From a virus, in the UHGV virus genome UHGV-0038496: DNA of 64,000 nt. One strand, written 5' to 3'. Positions 10,058-18,549 of this stretch are shown piece by piece. A program made the translations under genes and the position numbers. Position 1 is the first letter of the stretch. The number at the start of each line of letters is the position of its first letter. The notes beneath the pieces are model-generated. The model had not been told where the DNA came from, made no database searches, and saw only the letters and a list, made by a program, of their open reading frames with translations.

Positions 10058-11341
10058 TTAGAAGAAGATCTCTTCTATTACGTTGCCATCACGGTCAACT
10101 ACATACTCATTCGGCATATCTTCCGTGCGTTTAACAGGAGCCGTGAGTATTTCGAAGCGGCAGCAACGGCATTTAGCAAAGTCGTAGTCATACGGCACAC
10201 TAACCACATCTGCTGGGTCAACAGCCACTTTAGTTAACACACCGTATCCTTTGGCATACTCAGCGCTTGCACAGTGCAGGCCGTGAGAGCAAGCCACCTT
10301 TGGGTTATCCTCTACAAAGTTACGAGGCATTGAGATAAAGCAGCCTTCGTATTGTGGGACTTTACCAGAATGGTAGTCTACACAGCTTCCGTCAGCCTTC
10401 TGAGTTACACCACGGAAACATTCTATACGACCATCAGGTAGAATGTCAATATCATTTGCCTGCATAAAGTTGTAGAGCATGTCTACAGACTTAGCAGACG
10501 GGTTACGAAGCAGACGGACCAGGAACTTGATGTAGCGTTCATCCAGAGTGCCTTCTGCCGCATCCTTTTCAATCCGTTTGGCGATAGTGGAAGTCAGGTG
10601 CACACCATAGTAGAAGAGTTCACCATCACGCATTACGAGGTGATTTTCCAGGTACACCACTTCAATACTTTCCTCTTCCTCTTTCTCCGCGTCCTTAATG
10701 AGCTGAATTGCACCATCGAAGTCGTTAGCACCAACTCTTGCAAACACTTCTTTGTAGAGTTCTTCGTTGTCCTCATCAGCTGTTACAGTGTAAGTCTCTT
10801 CACGAGTGATAATCTGGATCATGCTGCCGAAGATAACCACGACAGGTTCACCATCTGGCACTTTTGGCACCAGGTCATCAGCATTGTAAATCGCTTCATC
10901 ACTGGATGGTTCAACCTCTAAAGGTGAGGCATCACCGTAGTAAGTCGCTGCGTGTTCTGCTGGGGTGTAAACAAGGTTTTTAGGACTTGCATTTTCCCAG
11001 TGCAATACCCCTACTACATTGCCAGGGTATTTTACCACCCAACGCGGAACAGTCGCATAAGGGCCACGGTCGATGAGTGTGGAACCTTCCATGCAGTTTT
11101 CTTTGAACTTACGAGCCTCTCCACGAGAAGCAAACTCTGCATAGTAGTATTCCACTTCCAAAAATTCATTATCAATGTCGCAATTTTTCGGGGAATGTAC
11201 GTCTATCCACCATTCGCCATCGAGAAGATACGGTTTACCCACAGGAAAGCCACGGCTTTCATATTTTGCTTTTGCTACACGAGCATCGTTACGAGTTTTG
11301 TAAGTACGCACGTATACAGCTACGGTTGAACAGTCTGACAT
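10058..11341 (-). CDS. rIIB-like protein (tentative)
   Basis: 427-aa ORF immediately downstream of, and start/stop-overlapping with, the rIIA-like gene; assignment is by position only. Confidence 0.35.
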   Translation of the reverse strand: MSDCSTVAVYVRTYKTRNDARVAKAKYESRGFPVGKPYLLDGEWWIDVHSPKNCDIDNEFLEVEYYYAEFASRGEARKFKENCMEGSTLIDRGPYATVPRWVVKYPGNVVGVLHWENASPKNLVYTPAEHAATYYGDASPLEVEPSSDEAIYNADDLVPKVPDGEPVVVIFGSMIQIITREETYTVTADEDNEELYKEVFARVGANDFDGAIQLIKDAEKEEEESIEVVYLENHLVMRDGELFYYGVHLTSTIAKRIEKDAAEGTLDERYIKFLVRLLRNPSAKSVDMLYNFMQANDIDILPDGRIECFRGVTQKADGSCVDYHSGKVPQYEGCFISMPRNFVEDNPKVACSHGLHCASAEYAKGYGVLTKVAVDPADVVSVPYDYDFAKCRCCRFEILTAPVKRTEDMPNEYVVDRDGNVIEEIFF

Positions 11342-13353
11342 TATTCAGTCTCCTTCTTAGCTTTCATTAATTCAATATATTCAACAACTTCTGGTTTATC
11401 CCAGTAATCCCCCTGGATGCGTTTCAGCAACGGGTAGCGTTTGTATACACCATCCATGTAGCGACGAGCACATTTCACATGAAGGTTCACAAGATGATCT
11501 GCTCTGTCAGCCAGATCCCTATACTTCCACGAGTAGCATCCCATCCACATACGGACCTTATACTTGTTTTCTTTTACTTCTGGGTCAATGCACATTTTCA
11601 CACCGAGTTTTCCCAGTTGCATTTTATATTTTGTGTAACCTGTTGTGTTTGCAGCTTTCATCAAAAGCCAGTTCCAGGCATCCTGTTCCAGAACAGGTTT
11701 TGCATCAACCTCTGTGATAATTCTACAATCTTCTGTCACCCATGTCAAGCGACTTTCAGCAACCATGTAAACATCTTCATCCTGTGGGATACCAAAGGCT
11801 TCACGGAAGACCACCGGATCCTGTTGGTAGATGTTATTGTTTTCACCCAACCAACTGCGGCCTCTCTGGATATCACCATCATACGGGATGCAGTATTTTA
11901 TATCTTTAAAATCCTGCTTACTGATGCGTTCGCGGCAGAACCAACCGTGTTCATCCATCTTTTTGACATAATAGCCCGGTTGATACGTGCTCGCCTGGCA
12001 TTGGTCTTTTGGTGGCTTAGGTAGCTCAGACAGTAGATACAGCACGTCACTGTAGAACGGATCGTTCACATATTTAGCCAGCTCCTCTGACAGGTACGGG
12101 TCTTCCACATAGTAGACGTTGCGGCCTGTCTCATTAGCCAGATAGTTACATTTAATCCGGTTGAACTTACCGTTTGCGTCATTCAGTACCAGCTTACGGC
12201 CTGCTGAAAACTCTGAAGGGCCGTACATATCTCGTTTCAGAGAGTTAGCACCAATCCGAGTACCACCTACGAACACAGGCAACTCATTGATGACTGGGAC
12301 AGTACGACCTTGCATAATGGCTTTCCATTTAGCAGTCATGAACTTCCAGCCCACCAGACGCGAGAAGAAACCACCAGACTCTTTAATGATACGACGGGCT
12401 TCAACCCCAGAAGTGGCCTTATTCAGCAGCACTTCAATCTCTTCACCACGTTTACTGATACCTTCATCCACAAAGGCTTTCAGCTGTTCGAGGAACCCAC
12501 CATCATCATCACCCTCAATCGTCCATTCACGGCCAAGGTTGATATCGCAATCGCCAATCGGAATCTCTACCACCAGGCGCGGATAATCTACCAGAGATTC
12601 AAGATACTCTGAACGATAAGGTTGGTGACCCATCACAACACGGCTTTCCATAGAGCAAGTATTGCCGTGGTAGATGTACAGAGTCCATCCACCTTTTTTG
12701 TATGTGTAGTCAACGTTGCTTCTAAATTGCTCCAGCATCCGTGTGGTGATCGGATCCGACACCTCGAACGGAAACTTAGCATAGTTCAGGCATGAAGCTA
12801 TCGCATGGCGATACGCAGACACATCCCTTTTGCTCACAGGGAACCGGATTGTGATGCCGTTATGCTGCGTAGAAGGCTCGCTACGCGTCTTAGTGACTTT
12901 CGGTATACCTTTGTCCATAAAGACAAGATATTCGCTTCTTGTGCCGTTATAGACGCTTATAACGTTAAAGGCTTCTACCTTGCTCAGAGGTGCTTTTGAG
13001 CCAATGCCTTTGGCACCTACCAGCTCATTACTCTGGCGCTTAGTGGAGTCGCCCAACGTCATAAAAATTGTGCGTACAGTCTCTTCAGACATGCCGAGGC
13101 CTTCATCCTGCACAGAGAAGTAAGGCTCAAGGTCGGTTGGTGTATGGATCTTGATAGGCACATCTTTACGACCTGCTTCAACATGAGCATCCACAGCATT
13201 GAAGATAGGCTCACGACAGGAAGCGAGTAAAGGATCTTTGTAAATACCTTTGATAATCAGGCCAAACGTCTCCGCATTCAGCGCGATTGTCCCTGTGGTA
13301 ACTTCACTCTTACCGAGAATGTTTGCTTCTTTATGGTCACTTTTAATAATCAT
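11341..13353 (-). CDS. rIIA-like protein with N-terminal GHKL-type ATPase fold
   Basis: N-terminal MIIKSD..., then GHKL boxes NAVDAH, DEGLGM, GAKGIGSKA; 670 aa, similar in size to T4 rIIA (about 725 aa, from memory). Confidence 0.55.
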   Translation of the reverse strand: MIIKSDHKEANILGKSEVTTGTIALNAETFGLIIKGIYKDPLLASCREPIFNAVDAHVEAGRKDVPIKIHTPTDLEPYFSVQDEGLGMSEETVRTIFMTLGDSTKRQSNELVGAKGIGSKAPLSKVEAFNVISVYNGTRSEYLVFMDKGIPKVTKTRSEPSTQHNGITIRFPVSKRDVSAYRHAIASCLNYAKFPFEVSDPITTRMLEQFRSNVDYTYKKGGWTLYIYHGNTCSMESRVVMGHQPYRSEYLESLVDYPRLVVEIPIGDCDINLGREWTIEGDDDGGFLEQLKAFVDEGISKRGEEIEVLLNKATSGVEARRIIKESGGFFSRLVGWKFMTAKWKAIMQGRTVPVINELPVFVGGTRIGANSLKRDMYGPSEFSAGRKLVLNDANGKFNRIKCNYLANETGRNVYYVEDPYLSEELAKYVNDPFYSDVLYLLSELPKPPKDQCQASTYQPGYYVKKMDEHGWFCRERISKQDFKDIKYCIPYDGDIQRGRSWLGENNNIYQQDPVVFREAFGIPQDEDVYMVAESRLTWVTEDCRIITEVDAKPVLEQDAWNWLLMKAANTTGYTKYKMQLGKLGVKMCIDPEVKENKYKVRMWMGCYSWKYRDLADRADHLVNLHVKCARRYMDGVYKRYPLLKRIQGDYWDKPEVVEYIELMKAKKETE

Positions 13354-13375
13354 TGGTCAGGCCCCATAGCAGTTA

Positions 13376-13394
13376 GCCCCTCGGTAAGAGGGGC
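13376..13394 (-). other. GC-rich stem-loop without a U-tract
   Basis: GCCCCTC-GGTAA-GAGGGGC hairpin between the 13407..13775 gene and the rIIA-like start. Confidence 0.3.
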
Positions 13395-13406
13395 AAGTGT
13401 TGTGGA

Positions 13407-13775
13407 TTAATTGTCGTGGAGGAGTTCATCTTCCACTTCCCTGTAAATCTCCACGCATTCATCTTGATAGAAGAATGTCTTATCCTTAAGTTGCAGACCG
13501 AAGAGTTCAGCACTATCTTTGTGGCAAGCTCTCACCATCTCTGCAATGTCATAACGTAGCAGATCGTCATTTTCAAAGAAACCTGCTTTATCCTTAACGT
13601 AGATGAAGAAATACTCACTATCAGAACAAGTTAACATCAACTCATCCCAGATTTCATCACCTTCACGATCCTGAACTGTGATAACCCGTGTTGATCTGCA
13701 ATGATACTCTTCCTCTGGATGGTCTGTCAATACCACCAGGAAATTACCACGGCGTTTCTTACCTAATGCAGCCAT
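13407..13775 (-). CDS. hypothetical protein
   Basis: 122-aa ORF. Confidence 0.45.
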   Translation of the reverse strand: MAALGKKRRGNFLVVLTDHPEEEYHCRSTRVITVQDREGDEIWDELMLTCSDSEYFFIYVKDKAGFFENDDLLRYDIAEMVRACHKDSAELFGLQLKDKTFFYQDECVEIYREVEDELLHDN

Positions 13776-13785
13776 TGTGCACTCC

Positions 13786-14979
13786 TTAAGCCTTAGCTAA
13801 CAAGTCACGGAACTCTTCCCCAAACTGTTTGACGATAGTCATCAGGTTAGGGTATGCTTTAATCAGTTTAGCCATGATTTTCTCACGACCATGCTCTTTG
13901 TTCACCAGAATAGCATTGCCAAGTGCATTCGGGCTAATCATCGCTTTGAACACAGAGAATACGAAGTCTCTGTTGTCATTCTGGAAGTTGCTCCATAAAT
14001 ATTCCAGGAAGTTCGCAGCACTGCTAACCACTTCGTCATCATCGACTTCAATGTTAGCCATCATGTTGCGTAAGCCAATACAACCTTCTGAACCCAGAAT
14101 CCAGATGAGGTCTGGAGATTTCTGGCCTTTGAACTCTTTGACTGCCCCAGCAAAGATATCCCCAATCTCTGGCAGATTGCGTTTCTTCGTGTGGTAAGTC
14201 ATAATCTCCAGCATCATCGTGTGACCAATCGTCCCCTGTAACAGGACACGGGCTTCAGCTTCTGAAACCAGACGGCGATCAAGGTCCCACAGAATATCCG
14301 AAGCAGTTACCCATGAACGAGGTGTGGCGAATGCAGGACAGTTGCAGTCTGCCATTGCTTCGTAGTTCTCAATAGATGACGGCTGGCGTTTCAAATAACC
14401 GATCACAGAAGAATGCACACCTTGTGGGAATGCATAGTCTTCCAGGAAGACGTTGGCATCTGGGATAACTTCTACAATAGTTAAACGGTTTGCCAGAGGT
14501 GCTTCCAATACAGACAGCACTGCACCATCACCAGAACGGTTACCTGCACCTACAAACACCGCACCTTTCGGGAATTTGTAGCAACCGCATTTGTGGTCCA
14601 ACATGATCTGCATGGCTACTTTCTGGAGAAAATTATCTGCATGGTTCATTTCATCCAGCAGAATAATACCTTCCCAGTCTGGATCAGTAGGCCAGAAGCT
14701 CGGTGTGGCAAACACAGTGCGAGTTGTGCCATCTTCCTCTGTTACCGGAACAGGCAGGCCAGACAGGTCTGTTGGGTCTTTATCTGACAAACGAACATCG
14801 ATCAAGTTATCTTCCCGTTCTCCAAATAGTTTATCGGCAGTTTGCTTGATGACCTGGCTCTTACCAACACCAGGAGAACCCAGTATAAATAAAGATTTGC
14901 CGTGACGCTGGGCAAACTTGATCATAGCAGGCAACTCACGAACTGTAATCTGCCCACTTTCGAAAATGTTTCTTGACAT
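13786..14979 (-). CDS. AAA+ ATPase (MoxR/AAA_5-like)
   Basis: Walker A GSPGVGKSQ, Walker B ILLDEMNHA; 397 aa. Confidence 0.75.
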   Translation of the reverse strand: MSRNIFESGQITVRELPAMIKFAQRHGKSLFILGSPGVGKSQVIKQTADKLFGEREDNLIDVRLSDKDPTDLSGLPVPVTEEDGTTRTVFATPSFWPTDPDWEGIILLDEMNHADNFLQKVAMQIMLDHKCGCYKFPKGAVFVGAGNRSGDGAVLSVLEAPLANRLTIVEVIPDANVFLEDYAFPQGVHSSVIGYLKRQPSSIENYEAMADCNCPAFATPRSWVTASDILWDLDRRLVSEAEARVLLQGTIGHTMMLEIMTYHTKKRNLPEIGDIFAGAVKEFKGQKSPDLIWILGSEGCIGLRNMMANIEVDDDEVVSSAANFLEYLWSNFQNDNRDFVFSVFKAMISPNALGNAILVNKEHGREKIMAKLIKAYPNLMTIVKQFGEEFRDLLAKA

Positions 14980-15230
14980 TAGTAAAGCTCCTCTCTTGCT
15001 TCGTAAGTATGTTCAAAGTTTTCAAGTTCTGTCATTACATCGAAGACAGGGATGCCATACGCTATGTCGAAATTATAAGCCATTCTACCAGCTACAACTT
15101 CTTGTGGGTCAATTGCCCGATTAGCGTAGAAGTATGCAGGGGTGCACCTACGTGATCCACCCCTCATGCCGCTATGATAATACTTTTCGTAGTCCCTGTC
15201 AAAGTCTAATTCTCTATATTGGTTTGACAT
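14979..15230 (-). CDS. hypothetical protein
   Basis: 83-aa ORF; ATGA-type overlap with the ATPase gene. Confidence 0.4.
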   Translation of the reverse strand: MSNQYRELDFDRDYEKYYHSGMRGGSRRCTPAYFYANRAIDPQEVVAGRMAYNFDIAYGIPVFDVMTELENFEHTYEAREELY

Positions 15231-15245
15231 AGATCAACCTCCGTG

Positions 15246-15620
15246 TTAGAAAGTAGTTTTCACCCACAGATTGTGCCTGTCTGCCCAGTCATAAAGCTCA
15301 GACATGGCATAATCAAAATCTTCCATAGGTGTGATCAAAATATCAATTTCCTCATTGATATAAGCGTGGACCTCTTTACTAAACTCTTCCGGTGGGAGAA
15401 TTGCCAGGAAGTGCTCAACCACATCGTCAAGATCCCAGTCATATTCTGGGCAATCTGCGTTTAATTGCCGTGGGTAGAGTTCAGCTATTTTTCGGGCTAT
15501 CCGTTTGGCGAACTTGTGGACATTATTGCCAGTCCACTCCTGGATTGTACCATCTTCAAGTGGGAGTCCTTCCCACCAGTCAGACAGATCCAGCGTCTTA
15601 TTCCACCGTGCCATAGTCAT
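15246..15620 (-). CDS. hypothetical protein
   Basis: 124-aa ORF in an overlapping small-gene array. Confidence 0.45.
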   Translation of the reverse strand: MTMARWNKTLDLSDWWEGLPLEDGTIQEWTGNNVHKFAKRIARKIAELYPRQLNADCPEYDWDLDDVVEHFLAILPPEEFSKEVHAYINEEIDILITPMEDFDYAMSELYDWADRHNLWVKTTF

Positions 15621-15883
15621 TCTCCCACATCTACCGTTGTAGAGATGACCAGATTTTTAGGGCCAATATCCAGCTCTGCCAGAGGTTTAGAATCACCACC
15701 TGCATACAAAGCCTGGCACACTGTAGGCATCATATCTTCCGGGATATACTCTAACAGGTTAAGTGAGATGTAACCTTTATCTTCTTTCACGAAGTGGATG
15801 ATCATCAGATCGCCAGCTTCAAAGAGGCTACCATCAACTTTAACGTCTTCTGCATTCAGATAAACATTTACGATTGTTTTCAT
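15617..15883 (-). CDS. hypothetical protein
   Basis: 88-aa ORF with 4-nt overlaps on both sides. Confidence 0.45.
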   Translation of the reverse strand: MKTIVNVYLNAEDVKVDGSLFEAGDLMIIHFVKEDKGYISLNLLEYIPEDMMPTVCQALYAGGDSKPLAELDIGPKNLVISTTVDVGE

Positions 15884-16158
15884 TCTTCGATCTCCACTTC
15901 AAATTCTGCTACACATTCAGCTGGGTCGATAAAATCTTCTGCTTCGCAGATAGGTTGACCATACCCATACTTCAATAAATCTTCTACACCTTTTTTCTGT
16001 AGGTGAGCAATCTTCTTATCCAGATCTTCTGGCAAACACCCCATCAGGAAAGCTAAATCCTTCTCTGGGATACATACAGCCAGACACTCTCCAGCTGTCA
16101 TAAGAATTATTTCATCCAGAACCACAGGTTCCATATTACGCAGGACGACTATTTTCAT
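15880..16158 (-). CDS. hypothetical protein
   Basis: 92-aa ORF with 4-nt overlaps. Confidence 0.45.
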   Translation of the reverse strand: MKIVVLRNMEPVVLDEIILMTAGECLAVCIPEKDLAFLMGCLPEDLDKKIAHLQKKGVEDLLKYGYGQPICEAEDFIDPAECVAEFEVEIEE

Positions 16159-16433
16159 TCTCCAACCCCCAGAGCATATGCAGGAGCTTCTTCAAATGCC
16201 AGAACCAGACGATGATTGTGGCGTGGGTCCAGGAAGATTTTAGTTACCCGTAAGCACACAGTGTAACCGTCCATTGCTGCCACAACGTAGTCACCAGGAT
16301 ACGGCAGTTTATCACCAGGGTTAACGAATGCATGGCCCATAGCCAGTTCGTCATCTGTTGTGTGGTGCATTGCAAACCATACAGCATCTGCCTGTGCATC
16401 TTCACCTACGTGGAAAATCTGAGGTTTTTTCAT
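16155..16433 (-). CDS. hypothetical protein
   Basis: 92-aa ORF with overlaps. Confidence 0.45.
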   Translation of the reverse strand: MKKPQIFHVGEDAQADAVWFAMHHTTDDELAMGHAFVNPGDKLPYPGDYVVAAMDGYTVCLRVTKIFLDPRHNHRLVLAFEEAPAYALGVGE

Positions 16434-17326
16434 TAGAAGTCTCCTTCGTATTTAATCTTAGCTTCTTCATCCCACTTCAACATAGGACGAAGTAATTCTA
16501 ACTCATTACCCAGCAGGTTGTCAACCCATAATTGATCTTTTATTCCCATCGCTTCCATAACTTCAAGAGATTCAGGTGAGAATTTACCATCCTCCCCTTT
16601 GAATGACTCCAAAGTATCCGAGCTAACACGGGCATATTCCATACGGCTATCACGCTTCCGGTACTGGAACATCAGGAATTCCCCTGTTGTGTGATACTTG
16701 TTGATCAGCATAACAGGTTCCCCACCCAGAGCTGTGTATTCCCGTGACTTAATCTGCAACGGGGCGAAGTCACTTACACTCTGGTTACCAGTCATCCTGC
16801 TAGTTATTTTCCCATCGTAGCAGAAAACGTATGGCAAGTCAAGCAGGTCAATAGAAATATCTGAAGAGTAACATACACTCCTGCCGTTCAAACTATAATA
16901 AACATACACCATAAAAGGCTGCATGTCAAATGCTTTTGCAAGCATTTTGAAGAAACCTCTCTCTCCACCGATAATGCCGTTCATAAAATAAGGATGCTCT
17001 GCTATAGAGGCAAAGCCTTGTTGGAAACGGAACATGACACACCCAGCACGCTGCCACGATACAGCCTTATTGATCTCCATGCTGAAGCTACCCATAAAAT
17101 TATGGCCTGGCATATCTTCTTTAGTGAACATCCAGTGGAAATCATCAAACCCTGCACTATTGATCGTAGTGTTGATTGAGTTTGCTATTAAGTTGTAGAA
17201 CGGGTGGCAAGCTGTGAACAGTCTGCGACGATACAGGATACTCTCATACAAAGAAGAAAGTATTGTTCCCACATCTGTTGGGGCTTGACTCATAGGGTCA
17301 AATGGTGTAATATGATGCTCAAACAT
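16433..17326 (-). CDS. hypothetical protein (about 297 aa)
   Basis: Track ORF trimmed to ATG at 17324-17326 (MFEHHITPFD...) with RBS GAGAGGAA 7 nt upstream; the longer version would overlap the divergent promoter region. Confidence 0.5.
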   Translation of the reverse strand: MFEHHITPFDPMSQAPTDVGTILSSLYESILYRRRLFTACHPFYNLIANSINTTINSAGFDDFHWMFTKEDMPGHNFMGSFSMEINKAVSWQRAGCVMFRFQQGFASIAEHPYFMNGIIGGERGFFKMLAKAFDMQPFMVYVYYSLNGRSVCYSSDISIDLLDLPYVFCYDGKITSRMTGNQSVSDFAPLQIKSREYTALGGEPVMLINKYHTTGEFLMFQYRKRDSRMEYARVSSDTLESFKGEDGKFSPESLEVMEAMGIKDQLWVDNLLGNELELLRPMLKWDEEAKIKYEGDF

Positions 17327-17400
17327 GGAAAGGTTCCTCTCTTGTTCTGTTATTGGCGAAGAATAGATCAAGATGAACCAAAAGTCAACAACATTTTTAG

Positions 17401-17429
17401 TTGACAAGGGTAAAATTTCATGTTAATGT
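17401..17429 (+). promoter_or_regulatory. sigma70-like promoter (TTGACA, 17-nt spacer, TAATGT)
   Basis: -35 TTGACA at 17401-17406, -10 TAATGT at 17424-17429, about 35 nt upstream of the ATG at 17464. Confidence 0.45.
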
Positions 17430-17463
17430 TCGCCCTAAATACACACAAGCAAGGACATTTGCT

Positions 17464-18498
17464 ATGGCTAAAACAAACATTCAGTATCTGGAGGGCTGCT
17501 ATCAACCGTGGGAGTTGGAGAAGCTGAATAAAAAGTATAAACGTAAACAGGGTAATGCTAAGAAAAGGGGCATCATGTTTACGTTAACGTGGGAGGAATG
17601 GCTCTTTTTTGGGAAAAAATTATTAGGTGATGGGGTTTGTGACTACTCACTTATCCCATTCGACATGCATACAGATGAAAACGGGATAGGTAACCCGTTC
17701 TATCCTTCTCTCGAACGCATAGATTGTGAAGGTGCATACGCATTACACAATTGTTGTGTAGTGGGCACTCGTTGTAACGAGTTAAAAGACTCACTGGTTG
17801 ATCGTGCCAATGCGGTTCTCGTTAAGGATCGCCATGATCGTAAGATTGTCAAAAACATGATTCTCCATATGTCTGATGAACGAATGGAGGCCCTGAAAGA
17901 AGAATACTCTTTCGAAAACTTCATGCGCCAGTATGGCTCTGAAGAAGACAAAGCTGAACTCGGCCTGTTGGGTGGTGAAGAACTTTTGCAACAAATTGAA
18001 GCTAAGGAGGAAGAACCTATGACACCTGCACAGGAATTACGTGAGTTCATGGACAAACGTGCTGAAAAACATGTCAGGGACATTGCGAAAGAGCCTGTGG
18101 CTGAAGAAACGGCTGAAGTTGAAGAAGTACAAGCCGAAGTTGTTGAGGACCGTACAGACGCTCCTGAAGAGCCTAAACCGCTACCTCAGGCATTACCACC
18201 AGATGTGGCTGTTGCTCAGGCTTATGCTTTCTACTGCCAGGTCTTCTACGACATAGGTATGAAAGTGGATCTGACATTCGGACAGTTCAAACAAGTGTAC
18301 CAGAAAAAATGTTGTGCACTGACTGGTGAACGCCTGGGTGACGGACTTAAATCTATCCTGGTGGCTGATCGTGATAAAGGTTTTGTCAAAGGTAACTTCA
18401 TGGTAGTTACACCTGTGATGGAAAAAGCGATGACTGACCTCATGAAAACGACTAACATGACGATGGCAGAGCTTGCAAACATCTTCAAAAAGGTGTAA
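17464..18498 (+). CDS. hypothetical protein with two Cys-containing domains separated by an acidic linker
   Basis: Start moved to the ATG at 17464 (MAKTNIQYLEG...), which has an AAGGA RBS and sits downstream of the promoter; N- and C-terminal segments share a F.LT...KK..G.C pattern around an EEPVAEETAEVEEVQAEVVED linker. Confidence 0.5.
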   Translation: MAKTNIQYLEGCYQPWELEKLNKKYKRKQGNAKKRGIMFTLTWEEWLFFGKKLLGDGVCDYSLIPFDMHTDENGIGNPFYPSLERIDCEGAYALHNCCVVGTRCNELKDSLVDRANAVLVKDRHDRKIVKNMILHMSDERMEALKEEYSFENFMRQYGSEEDKAELGLLGGEELLQQIEAKEEEPMTPAQELREFMDKRAEKHVRDIAKEPVAEETAEVEEVQAEVVEDRTDAPEEPKPLPQALPPDVAVAQAYAFYCQVFYDIGMKVDLTFGQFKQVYQKKCCALTGERLGDGLKSILVADRDKGFVKGNFMVVTPVMEKAMTDLMKTTNMTMAELANIFKKV

Positions 18499-18517
18499 GA
18501 TAGTAGAAAATAACAAC

Positions 18518-18537
18518 GAGGGGGCTTTTGCCCCCTT
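18518..18537 (+). terminator. weak intrinsic terminator or attenuator
   Basis: GGGGGC-TTTT-GCCCCC hairpin followed by TTTGG; located between the 17464..18498 gene and the RBS GGAGGA of the next gene. Confidence 0.3.
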
Positions 18538-18549
18538 TGGAGGATCGTA

